Below, in pieces: positions 52,901 through 64,000 of a stretch of DNA of 64,000 nucleotides. Within the stretch, counting starts at the first letter, position 1; each line of letters starts with the position of its first letter. The stretch is from the NCBI GenBank assembly GCA_015680685.1, contig MNCI01003374.1, positions 124,001 through 188,000 of the forward strand, written 5' to 3'. Source of the stretch: Gnetum montanum. Lineage: Eukaryota > Plantae > Gnetophyta. A program made the translations under genes and the position numbers. The notes below the pieces were generated by a model, which saw only the letters and a list, made by a program, of their open reading frames with translations, was not told where the DNA came from and made no database searches.

Positions 52901-55900
52901 AACACTTCATGGAAATCAATAAATACCTTTACAAGGTGTGTGTTGATGACATGGTTCAATGGTATGTACTTGATGCTAATCAACTACACATGCTCCAAGA
53001 TGCTCATGGACGTCCTTGTGGGGGCCATTATGCTGGGAGGTCCATGAACATTAAGATCCTCATGGTAGGATATTATTGGCCAATAGTTTTTAGGGATTCT
53101 CACCACTTTGTTTGCTCCTGTGAATGCTATCATTGTGATGGTGGAATGATTGCTAGTATGGAGGGACCTCAACAATGGATCCAACCACTGGATCCCTTTG
53201 CATTGACTCTATGGATCCTATTACTCCCATGTCAAATGAAAAGGCATACATCATAGTCGTTGGTGACTATTGTATGAAATGGGTAGAAGTTGCAGTTGTC
53301 ATTGATTGCACATCTTCCATAGCTACTTAGTTTGTACAACAATATGTTGTAAATAGGTTTGGGGTGCCACATGCAATTATTTTTGATAATAGAACTCATT
53401 TTACAAGAACTACCTTTCGGAAGCTCATGTAATGCTTGGGGGTTGAACATAAATTAACAACATCTTACCACCCCAAGCCAATGGTCAATCATAGGTTACA
53501 AATAGGAAAATAACAAAAATACTAACCCAAACCATTAGGAAATATAGGAGGGAGTATAGTAGAAAGCTCAACGATGCCCTTTGGGCCTATCGCTCCACTT
53601 GGAAACTTCTTATTAGCTACTCTTCCTATGAGCTTGTGTATGGGAAATTACCAACACTTCCAATCCAAACAAAACTTTGTACACTATCAATAGCCTATGG
53701 CTTGACCTTGACCTAAGTCTAGCACAAAAAAAAAAATACTAATGAATCTTAATTTGCTAGATGAGAATCAATTGGTAGCCCTGTCATCTAATGAAGTGCA
53801 CAAGGAATTTAACAAGCCATGACATGATCTTGGAATCAAGAAAGTAAAATTTAAACCAAGAGATAGGATCCTATATTGGAATCCCACACATGTGCCATAA
53901 AGAACAAAGCTTCAAAAGATATGGAAGGGGTCATATATTATCTATAAAACCTTTTCCTTTTGGGTCATGTTAATATACAAACCTAAAAGTCTAAATATAA
54001 AGTTACTAGTCAACATGTAACAAATAAAGCCCTTCCATGAACCCAAAAGAGCCAGTGATCAAAACACCTCAATGGATGGACATGAACACTAAATTTTTTG
54101 GACTTCTTCCTTCCAACTCAGTCATTGGAGAGGTGGCCATCCATGCTGATCAAATATGTGGCTCGCTGGTTTTTTCATTTTTTGTTTTACATCATTTTAG
54201 CACAATTTCCCTTTCTTAAATATTTTACAACTTCTTTTATATTTTACTTTAATTGGGTTGGATTTCTTTTATGCTTTTCTTATGTTTTGTTTTTCTTCTT
54301 TATTGTTGCTAGGACTATGTAAAATTGCAGTTATTAATTGATGGTGGTTTGTACTATAATGTTATTTGATTCTTAATGTATGGATTCCATCTTTGAATTT
54401 TGGTGTTGATATCTAATACATGATTTCTTTTTCATGATAATAGGCAATGATCACACATCATCCATCCATCCACGAAACTCTATGGTGTTTCCTTGTTTTG
54501 GAAATATGTGGTCCCTTATTAAATAAAACTTTTAAAAGAACTTGTGATCTTGGTAGTTTCCAAACTTAGGAAGGATCAAATGGATAGAAAAGGGTGTGAA
54601 TTTAAAGGGATTTGATGCTCTTTGTACTTACCTACCCTCTTGGGTGCACGAGTGTTTTCATGGATTTCTCACCATTCCATCGTTGAGAAATAACAAGAAG
54701 TTAAGTCTTTGCATGATGTGGTTCCCATCCAAAAACTCAAAATAATAATAATAATAATGGGAATTCAAAGCACAACCTATAGATGAAATAATGGGCTACA
54801 ACAATTGGTTATGAGACTACAATAACATGTTACCCATGCCTGAAGATTCCCTTTAAGTAAGGCTCATCTCACTTCTTGCTTCTCTTCTCTTCTCTTCTAG
54901 GAATGGTGATTGATCCATGGGGATGCTCTTGTGCCTTGAGGGAGTGGACTAGTCTTAGAGTATTGAAGCAAAGTCACTAAAAGTGGTTGGTTTTTTATTC
55001 AGAATAAGGATGGGTGTTATCAAGTCATGTTAACCACAAAAAATCCACAAGGGACTTCATGTGATGATGATATGGGACTCCATTTCACTCTTCACCTCAT
55101 CCATCTATGCTTTCCATATCTCACCTCACTACCTCTTTTCATGTTTTGTTTAATGTTTGAGTTTGATGCATCAAAGTTCTTCAATAGTTTCTTTGGTGAT
55201 TTTGTCCTTAACTAACCATGACCATGAATCACCCATGGGGCTCATGGACTCTTTAGTTTGAAGGCATGAAAGGGCATTAAGGGCATGAGCTTTCTATGGG
55301 TAGGACCCACTTGCACACCCCTTAGTTCCTCATCCTTTAGGCATTTTTGTATTCAAATCTTTTGTGCTCAACTTTGGTTATGTCCAATTGTGCACTCCTT
55401 CATGGCATTTCTCTAATCATTCTCCCAATTAAATCTCCTTTTTTATGAAATATCTAGCCCTCTTCATGCATTTCATTGTGTTATAGGCTACTTGGACTTC
55501 CTTTGGACTCTAATTTTATGTAAAAAATCCTTGTTTATCCCTTTTTTTTGAAAGTTAAAAAGTCTATTTTTTGGCCACATTGATAGGATCCCATTGACAT
55601 AGTTGGATGCATCAACATGATCTCATTGACAGGATTCCATTAACATAGGGAAAAATTTCTATAAATAATGCCCAACACTTAGCAAATTTTTTTCATTTTC
55701 TCTTAAATAGAAAAGAATTTTTTGCAATTTTTAGAGCCCAAAACCTTCCAAAGCCCATATATTTCCAATTTCTTGTTTGATTAACCTTGTTTTTTGTTCC
55801 TATAACTACTAGAGGTGAGCTTTACATCATGGAGGCAACAAGCCTTAGGTCTTTAATGAAAAATTCTTGAAGTTTTTTCTAACTCCCACAAGGTTTAACT

Positions 55901-58860
55901 AATAAAATAATATTAAAATAACTAATTTAAGAGGGTTAAGCCTTTCCAACAAACTTTGGTAGATATTAAAATGAAACAATAATAAAATAATATTAAAACA
56001 ATCAAACCTACCTGATCATAACTTAGCCCAAGTGTAACTAATTCAAAGAGATAAGGTACTCAAGTATTATAAAGTTATATACCAAATGGAAATCCTTGAT
56101 CATGTTGTGATTACAGATGACACCAAGACCTAAGCACCCATAGGAAGGAGGACCATCCCAACCAAGGAACAAGCAGACCAAAACTGGAAGGTGTTAACAA
56201 AAACAACCCTAGGAGTAGGTAGCTAAGACTCATGCAATGGGACCTCATCAAGAGGAACTCAAAGTGGAATATGTCCATCAGATTTCCCAAGATGAAATAG
56301 AGTAATCCCACCAAGATGAGGCACCAGGATCAAGGCCAAGCCTTGAGGTCACATTGGCAGATGCTTGCCTTAGGCAAATTCAGTCTAGGAATGTCCCACT
56401 TTTAGTTCTTCATGAATTGAATTCTGATACCTTCTTAGACTTTGCCCTAGAAGATGTTAAAATGCAACTACAGAGCTCTCCCATGTGGCCCATGCTCACT
56501 TCCAATGGGGAGTGGTACATGAAAGAGACATATCTCTTCTGAAATAATAGGAAGCTAAATTGCACTGTGAAGGTCAAGGACATTAGTGTGTCTTACTCAG
56601 TGGAGGCCATCTCTCAGGCCCTTAGATTGCCTAAAACTAGGACCAATTTGGTAGAGATCTTGACATAGGTAGACCCAAAGGTAAAAAAGGAGTAGATCCA
56701 CTAGTTCTATGGAGTGGACCACAAGGAGTATGGTGCACTCACAAAGGTAGAACATGCCTATTTCAAGATAGTGACCTACCACCTCAATCTAATGGTAAGG
56801 CTAAGCAAGGTGACAACCTTTTGTGCCTATGCTTACGTTGCTTTGAGTAGGAAATTCCTTGTCAATCTTCCATAGCTGATCTATCTTGAGATAGAGAAGT
56901 AGTTCAAGGGAAACAAGCATGGGAAGAAGGAACCCCCCTTTTTATGTCTCATCCAAAAATTATGCAAGAGGAGAAGAATAGATTGCTATTTTAATTATAC
57001 ACTCAAATATGCTCTTGCTACCTCTTGGGTGGAAATGATGAAAGACAAGGTCTCTACCATGACCAAGTAAGGGGAGTAGCCACCACCACCACCCACTCAT
57101 GAAACAACTTGGAAGGCTCATTTTTCCATGGAGTGCATGTAGAAGCTCTGTGAGCAACTCTTGCAGTACTAGCAAGCAAGTCTCAGTGGTGATTCATCTA
57201 TCTACCAACCAGCCCTTAGTTATTTAAGTGAGGTAACTTGTACTATAAGTTGGTTGGAGGACACAATGCCAAATTTATTTACCTAAAGAATGGAGGCATC
57301 CATGCGCTTGAATCTTAATGCTTAAGAGGTAAAGGTGTCCATCCTAGGACATCAGAAATTTCTAAAAATCTCTAGAAATGCCAGTACCTTCTCAATGTGT
57401 TTAGAGGAAGGCAATGGAGAAACTGTTCTAGTGATGTAATACTAAGAATAGGAAACAGTGGCCAAGGTAGTGGTTAATAGAGTGGATGAAGTCCTTAATG
57501 TTCCTATGGTGTTTATGTTGGATAATGCTACACTTAGAGATGTGTGAACATCTACAAGAGTGCCAAGTGGAAGATTTAGCATAGCCTAACATGAGGAGTT
57601 GTTGGAACAACATTGATTCTAGAGGTCTTTGACCTTTCAAATGAGATCAATGCTACCTAGTTAGTGCTATTGGAGGCAAAGGGCAAGTACCTCATTGCCA
57701 ATGCTTAGCTTGAGGTATCCACAAAGCAAAACCATATCTTGGCTACTAAATCTATAGAGTTGAAAGCCCACCTCTCTAATTCCATGATAAGCCAAGCTAT
57801 AACCACGGATGAAGCTTTGTAGCAGCTTTATTCCAAACTTCAATAGGCTGAGTATGTCAAGGAATTAGAAATCTTTAGCCAATCCTTAGCAAATGCCACC
57901 ATCTACAACATTTAGAAGGACTTGTTGAAGGCTTGCTAGGAGAATATAATTTTAACCAAGGATAATCATCACCTACACACTATGGAGCACTAGAAAGAAT
58001 GAATGGTTTAATACATGAGAGAACAATAGGGGTAGCTTGCCAAGGTGATGTTGGATTTGAGGAGGTTAGCAGCTGAAAATTGTAATCTCTCAATGGAGGA
58101 GGTCCATGCCTTTCTCTAGAAATTTATAATTGTGATTGTCACTTGGAAGAATAAGGCCCTCAAATTCAAAAGGATCAAGAACCATTACAGAAATCAATAA
58201 AAAAGAGATCAAACTAGCGAAGGCAAAGTTGAATGAGGTTCTTCAACAACTCCAACAAGGAGGTCCCAAGTGGAAATCCATATTTGATGGGTTGAACACA
58301 TACAGCAAGGTAGAAGTCCATCTTAAGGAGCTTTAGATCAAGAAAATGAAAGAATACATGAAGCTCGCCAACCTTTGAGACTTAAGCATGGTAATGCTAA
58401 CTATTGGAAGGCCACGATTAGATTTGGAGAAGCAGCTGGCCAAATCATATCCATTGTACAAGGTAGAGTTCAAGCATCATAATGAGACCAAGTAGAAGCT
58501 AGAAATGGAAAATGATGAACTTGATGATCTTAGATAGCGCTTCATTGATCAATAGTCAATAGTTGAGAACCTGGCTTGCAGATTGAATAACTACTAGGAA
58601 TTGTAGAACATTATCAAGGAATTTGGTATGGAACAAAAACAATTTGTAGCTTGGTTTGTCAATGTGAAGGAGTTGTTCCCTACAATGCCCTTTCTATGGG
58701 ATGTTCCTGTAATGACCTAGATTGGTGATAGTACATGGATCGTGTATGATCCTCGGAGTAAGGAGAAGAAGATGAAAGCATTGCTAGATGATTTCCATCT
58801 TACATCGAAAGTCATAGCTATAGCCAAACAACCATAACCATAGCTTACACTTCTATACCA
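46904..58860 (+). mobile_element. Second Athila-like element of a related family, lacking PPT and 3' LTR
   Basis: 5' LTR 46904-47733 (TGATGAG...CTCATCA), PBS TGATGCCATTGCTGGGGA, gag-pol collinear with the first element (LLDSSSGVNLI, GWSYPANFL, CGGHYAG), extra ORF from ATG 56117. Confidence 0.92.
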
Positions 58861-61800
58861 TTGCCAATTTATTATTGGAAGATACTGAAGACAAGTTATT
58901 GAAAGGTTGCAAGTGCATTAAAAAGGCCAAATGATATTTTTTATAAAAATTGTCTCCTAGGGACTTGTGAATGTGATTTTGGCCTACTCTTCTAGGGCTA
59001 TTTGGATATGATTATAGCCACCATACCCATCTAGAAAGTTATAATACTTATGTCCTACAATAGTATCCAACACTTGGTTCACAAATGACAATGAAAAATG
59101 ATCCTTAAAGGTTGTCCTGTTCGATAGTCAAAAATTAATGTAGATCCTCCATTAATACTCTTTCTTTGGTATGATGACAAGTGGACTTACCTGCTCATTA
59201 TCTACAATAGGATAGATGAACTCAATATTAAGGAGCTTTTTCACCTCCTTTTTGATCACTTCTTTTAGGTTGGGATTCAACCTCCACTATGGCTATCTTT
59301 TGGGCTTAAATGCAAGATCTATATAGATTCAATGTTGGCATATGCCTAAATCAATTTCTATAATTTCTTCATACAACCAAGCAAATATTGTTGGCCATTT
59401 GTTCACTACCATTAGTATTTTTTTTATTCCTTTGTGAGCTTAGCATTTATAATTACCAATTTTCCATTCTTCAAGAACATATCTTTAAGTGAATTTGATA
59501 ATTTTTTCAATTCTAGAGGCTCTAGTTCAGATACTTCTAGAATTTCCAACTCTCCCCAGTGCATGTCTTCTTCTTATCAATTTTCTACATTGGAGAGTTT
59601 TCATCTAAGCTAGTTCATCTCATCCAATCTATTCATATATGCACGTGTGAGGGTTTCCTATGGTTTCATGAAAATGATTAAACTATAGCTTTCATTTAAA
59701 ATCAACCACTTAGCATCATCTTTTTTAGTGATTATTATGTATAGGCACCTTTGCATACTTTCTGATTTGACACACGACCTACATGCTATGATAAATCTAT
59801 GTTTGACTGCACATATCTTCTACATGTAGTTATATCTTATGTCATTGTATGTGATGCATGGAGCTCTCTTCTTCTCTATTATTCTATACTTATTTTTCAT
59901 GGAGATTTCCAAGAATAAGTTTCTGATTCCAAGCTCAGCATTAATAATGCTTAGAAAAGCTCTTTCCATGATGATGGAAAATTCCCCTTTGAAATTGTCC
60001 ACTTAAATCATCAAGAAATTAGTAAGGTACAACCAACCACTAATAGAGATTACAATGTATTCTCCCAAGAGAATAGTGATGGATTAGTTTGCAAGATCTA
60101 ACTAAATATTTCAGTTTTTGAAAGATGGCAGGTTCAAGGCTTTATACATCTCTTTGGAAATCAAGTTACTTCTAGAACCTAAGTCTAGTAGAGCCTTATG
60201 AAGCACATTTTCTTCTATTTACAAATAGATTAAGGGACTTCATAGACTAATTCTTGTTTTAGGAAGGTTTTCTACTTTTATCTAATCTCTAACTACATAG
60301 GTTAATATGATAGTTTGTATATTTAAGAAACTCTGGTTTGAAGATGGCTCAAATGTTATCTAGGAGGTAGTTGTTGTAGGACCCATAGCCACAGATGCTT
60401 GTAGAGGTTTGGATAGGCTAGTTGGCCCAAAGAATGAATATTTATGAGGTGTACACTTAAAACCACTTGAGTTATCATCCATCTACAAATTCATTACTCT
60501 AGTGGCATTATGCTATTATGGTTGTAGTTGGATCTCAGCTTGCATTGGTGGAATAAGTAGCAAAGGATTTGAAGTATGAGGTTGAGAGTGTTGTAAAGGA
60601 TCAAGAGTGTAAGGAGAAGAAGATTCAACACATGTAGTAGCAAGCTCATGATACTCTAGAGGATAATAATGATAAATAGAGACATGGGTGAAAAATCCAC
60701 TGGAAGATGACTATTGAAAGACATTTTACCCATATGAATCAGGTTACTTGTAAGGGCAACATCCCCCATGATTATGGATTTTTCCACTAGTGATAATATT
60801 CCTAAGGTTGAGGTGAAGCCCACTTGGATAATATTGTTCCTAGTAATAGGTTTTTCAATAGTTGTCTTGAGGAAAAGATAACCTTCTAGGTATTTTCTTT
60901 TTAATGAACTTTGGATTTAAGGCACAAACCCTAGATTCTTGGAGATGTGATATTACTAGGAAATAACCATTTGAATATTTATATTAATAAATGTCATAAC
61001 CATCATCATCTAATTTATAGTCTGCAACCTCCTCTACTACAAATACTTTTCCTTTTTGCTAATAATAGTTATTTCCTACATCTTTCTTCTTTCTTTTGTC
61101 CTTGTCTTTGGCTCAACCTTGTTCTACTTTCTTCTTCATGATCATAGGTATTGTCTAAATTTTTTTTCCATGGAACCGCAAATTTTATCAACATTTGCTG
61201 ATATTTCAATAAATAATTTTTAAGTAGGTAAGACTTTTCTTTGCACAACTTCTTCCAATGGTGCTCCTTCATTTGTATCATAAAGAGAGATATCCTTTTT
61301 ATGGATGGAAGAATCCTTGTTGTACTCTTATGAACTCTCTCATTTTTTGAGCTCATCTTTCTTTTTTGCCACTTGGTAAATTAGCCTTTGGACCTAATGG
61401 ATTCTCATTTTTGATAATCTCCCTTAGGTATATACACTAAGAGTTTCTTTGTTCTTATTTTTGAGTCTATCTATAATATGATATAGTTTTTCCTTTAAAA
61501 GAAGTCATGGCCTAGACATCAATGTAGTAGAGAATTATATCTATCCAAGGTAGCATCAAGGCATTCATGATTACCTTATCTTTACCCTTAGATCTACTTC
61601 CTAAAATTTGACACTAGGGAGTACATTTGATACTTATAATTGAATAGCTCCAAGATTGTACTCTATCTTCTAATGGATTCTAGCTCAAATGACTAAGACC
61701 AACTTTCATTTGCTTTAATGAGGGTTCTTAAAAAGAGTTTTAGCTTTTTTCATTTATTTTCAATATTTTCGAAGGTGCAAACATCATGTAAGACTTGTAG

Positions 61801-63822
61801 ATGATGTTATGGATTTGTGTTGTAGCCTCCCTCAAATTTAGAGAGGTTTTTTTTATATTTAGCCATTTGATTTGGTTGTTCTTCGAATGCTTGATTGGAA
61901 TGTAAATGTCCTTTATAATATTTATCTTGCCCCTTATGGAAACTAATGGTTCATCATTGTCATCATGTCCATCATGGTCCCTATCATAACCATGTCTCCT
62001 TTAGCATTACCTGCTATATCTTCGTTGACTTCTATACTTATCTTCTTACTCATGTTTATCATCTCTTTGACCATCCATATGATGGTCTCTTCTATCATCT
62101 CCACTAGATTTATGATTATTGACCCTATTATCTTAACCATGTTTATCCTCTTTAGAGCTTGATGATGAAGATAAAGAGGATCAATATGAAGAACTAGGAG
62201 CGTTATGCCAATTTTCTCTTCTTCTTTGACCCCTTTAATGTTCTTGGGGTTGTCTACTGGAAGGCCTTAGTCTTAAGACCCTCTTGTATTGGCTTCTATT
62301 CTCCCCTTACCTTGGTTTCTTTCCAATATTAAATGTAGTCAAGGATGGTTCATGTCATCTCCACTAGGAGGTGAATAATTTTTGTGTTGAAATTAGCTAG
62401 ATTGATAATTGGTATCGTTCTTCTTTAAGTGTGATGCCAATTGAATGGTAACCTTTTCTTCCTTAAAAGCTTCATGGAGAGACTCCATGAATAGGTCTTT
62501 GCATAGTTAGGCTTCTATAGGCTGGTAAGGCCTAGATATCTTGTCACTTGCCTTGTAATCTTAGACTACTACATTAAGTCCTAGCTTCATCAATGTCGTT
62601 ATAAGCATTAATGGTGCTAAATGATCATGTGACAACACAATATTTCCCTTCATGTTTCTCCATTGCAATTATTCATCTTGGTGAAGAATGAAAGTGAAAA
62701 CTAGATGATATGGATTTAGATGCTGGTAGGCTATTTTACTTGTGTCACCTCATCTCAATTCTTAGCAACCCTATCACATAACCTTGCCAAATCATTAGCA
62801 AATGGGGAATCTGCCTTATGGGAAGAAGATATTTTGTAATTAATAAGTGTGCCTTTAAATAAAATATTATTGTTTTTAGTTGATTAATTATTTTAGATTA
62901 TAATAGTGATCCTTGAATAATTTTAACTATCTAAAACACTAGCACCAATCCCTGGAAATGGTGCTAGTGATGAGTGGTAGAGTAGACCTTGTGCTCAACC
63001 ATATAGATCGTAAGTGTTTATGCATAATTTATTCAAATTCCATGGTTTGATACTAGTTTAAATGCCTTAAATAGCTAAGCATTAGATTGATAGTCATTGT
63101 CTTCCCAATCACACTTATATGGGCTTAAGTCATATGGTTAAGTGTGATTGAGATGCATGATCAAAGTTTTATTATTAAAATATTAAAATTCTAAACTATT
63201 CAATTTCAATCTAAGAAATAAATCTAGCCTAGCTTAGGCTTGTAGTATTTGTTCCCAACTTGCTATAAACTTCCTAAAAATGTATCAACATTGCTATGTT
63301 ACCAAGTGTCCATTACTAGGTGTACCAAGTGGTATACGACTAGGATTAGCAAACATTAATGCTTTTATGCTCCAAGTTGGTCATACTCATGTGATTTAAT
63401 TAAGTACAATAAATGGTAAATTAATTAACTAAGTGCATAAAATTAAAGAACACTTAAAGTAAATTTCAATTAAGAAATTATAAAGCTAAGAGAAGTGCTA
63501 CAATCAAGGAAATAAATTTTGAGTTTATTGGCATCATGAGAATGTGTTTAAGTACATCATCACTCAAATAAAATTGTGTACAATCCACTTGATTTATGTT
63601 GCAGGTACTAAGTGACAATTTCTAACTTTTACAAAAATAAACTAACCGAGTCTAGCTACATTATCAACTAAACTATGATATAAATGTGATGGGTGCTTAC
63701 ATTTATATAGGTATTTATTAAACTTGCATTAGTGTTGATGAAGTAAACCCTAGGTCAACATTGCTACATCAATGTGATTGAGTTCAATGGATGTTTATTA
63801 ATATCCATGTCTTATTCCATCA
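58861..63822 (-). mobile_element. Third Athila-like element, inverted, truncated within RT
   Basis: LTR about 62968-63822 (minus TGATGG...TCATCA), degenerate PBS at about 62948-62966, gag, protease (FSIIMERAFL), RT start (LDTIVGHKYYNFLDGYGGYN) broken near 58861. Confidence 0.88.
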
Positions 63823-64000
63823 AAAAATAAATTTAATATTCTTGAACAATTTAATTTTCTATAAAATGTTAATTTTATTGTAGTATTACTTTTTATATTA
63901 TTAGTTTTATATCATAGATCATATTAAAAATTTCCTCATTAACTTTTAAATAAAGCTCTAAATTTTATATGGTTTTTTTTATTCAACTAGTAATGTGAAA

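Overview
AT-rich land-plant genomic window. It holds the 3' five coding exons of a tubulin-folding cofactor B gene (TFCB/TBCB, CAP-Gly domain; + strand, 3707-30340). One of its introns is about 21.4 kb and packed with nested retroelements: a Tekay/Del-type chromovirus Gypsy, LINEs, a Copia remnant and SINEs. Downstream lie three related Athila-like Gypsy elements. One is complete with LTRs and a CCTTG target-site duplication, and two are truncated and joined tail to tail. All TE ORFs are degraded by C>T-type stops. The main discovery candidate is a GC-rich L1-clade LINE (12752-16340, minus strand). Where plant L1 ORF2 often carries RNase H, this one continues in frame into a 'putative plant transposon protein' (Transposase_32-like) segment. 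After a Pro-rich linker and a homopolymer frameshift it encodes a long coiled coil and a complete DnaJ/Hsp40 J-domain with an intact HPD motif. A second, highly diverged 5'-truncated LINE (7003-7820) encodes the homologous J-domain region, and a third copy keeps only the 3' end. This argues for a LINE lineage that stably carries a J-domain co-chaperone cargo. The same Transposase_32-like segment appears in the extra ORF of the neighbouring Athila-like elements. All domain calls come from manual translation and motif recognition, not from database searches.
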